This document shows, in pieces, positions 63,132 to 64,000 of a stretch of 64,000 nt of DNA (its first letter is position 1; each line of letters starts with the position of its first letter). The stretch spans positions 1-64,000 of the forward strand of contig JAAPAO010000084.1 of the NCBI GenBank assembly GCA_013115145.1, given 5' to 3'. The notes under the pieces were generated by a model. The model saw only the letters and a program-made list of their open reading frames with translations. It had not been told where the DNA came from and did no database searches. A program made the translations under genes and the position numbers. Source of the stretch: Perkinsus chesapeaki ATCC PRA-425 (lineage: Eukaryota > Protista > Perkinsozoa).

Positions 63132-64000
63132 TTTTTTTCTCGGGTGTTGCTGATGCTGAAATAGTTGAGCCTCCTCTATCACATTTCTCCATTAATGTAG
63201 GACGGCGAAGCAGAGTCAAGACTTGTTCTAACTATTCTTCAAGGACTTCATTTAGCTGATCACTATTTTCATTGTAGTCTAGTGACTAGACTCTAGTCGG
63301 GCACCCCATTTAGTGCCTCATGGCTGAACTTGGTAGTGTAGAAGGGTACGTGGTATTGTGAGCTCTTTCTATACAGTGGACACACTATAGACCACAACAA
63401 CATTTTGGCCGCTTTTTCTGTCCATCTCATGACAAGTACGGTATCAAAAAGTCAATCTTGAGTTTCAAATAATATCCATTCACCGTCTCCATATCCACTG
63501 TCATATACTGCGGGTGTTGGCCACAATGTTTCCGAGCTAACCGCTAGCAAGGTCATAGTTACAAGGATATCGGTGGATTGGAGCATTGCCTGATCGTGTA
63601 AATATGAAATGCTGTAGGAGCACTCGCCTCGGAAGCCCGGGCCACCTGGGCCAGGGAGCCGGCCCCCAAAGTTGCCCAATGTCTCCGAACTCTGAAGGGA
63701 ACCATATCCAATTCGGCTCTCAAAATGTTCCAATTCCTTCGAGTATAAAATACCATGGTAGCCGGAGTGGTTGGTAGCTCGCTCCCGGAAATAAAATCAC
63801 TGAGAGTTCGCAAACTATTACCTGGACCCCAGGGGCGGTGCACCCTTTTCTGTACACCCAGAGGAGGGGGCACCCTCTATGATGGGCGCTGTCAGCTAGC
63901 TAGCTACTATCTCACAGATGTACTTCACAAACAGGAGCAGAAACTTTGGTCTTTCGAAGTTGGCGTGAGAAAAGGACTTGATATGTCCGTTTGTGGTGTC

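Noticed and set aside
63452-64000. Possible 3' end of a minus-strand gene running off the window
   Set aside because: No motif recognised and frames cannot be linked confidently.

Overview
Eukaryotic, intron-dense window (mostly 40-60 nt GT-AG introns, some GC-AG), most consistent with a Perkinsus-like alveolate. This is inferred from two relic spliced-leader (SL) sequences, intron style and gene content; no database search was run. 0-10 kb is an accessory zone: four dispersed paralogues of a small secreted ~10-Cys protein (at least one a pseudogene), a TA-flanked MITE, a full-length intron-containing DD37E Tc1-like transposon, and a decayed, apparently intronless ORF preceded by a relic SL. 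Then come CFAP70-like (+), a ~37 kb almost entirely minus-strand block (kinesin-8, sirtuin, TM/Lys-rich protein, an 11-kb giant secreted multi-lectin gene, PPOX-like, Cys-rich membrane locus, CCDC151/ODAD3, UMP-CMP kinase, RING-H2/ZZ E3), and a plus-strand block (CTL/SLC44, secreted EEP nuclease, 5'-truncated LINE, gamma-glutamyl hydrolase). Most striking: in the giant gene a single LamG-like beta-sandwich appears split in two by ~6 kb of tandem F5/8-type-C (discoidin-like) repeats. Exon models were assembled by eye, so many 5'/3' ends are approximate.
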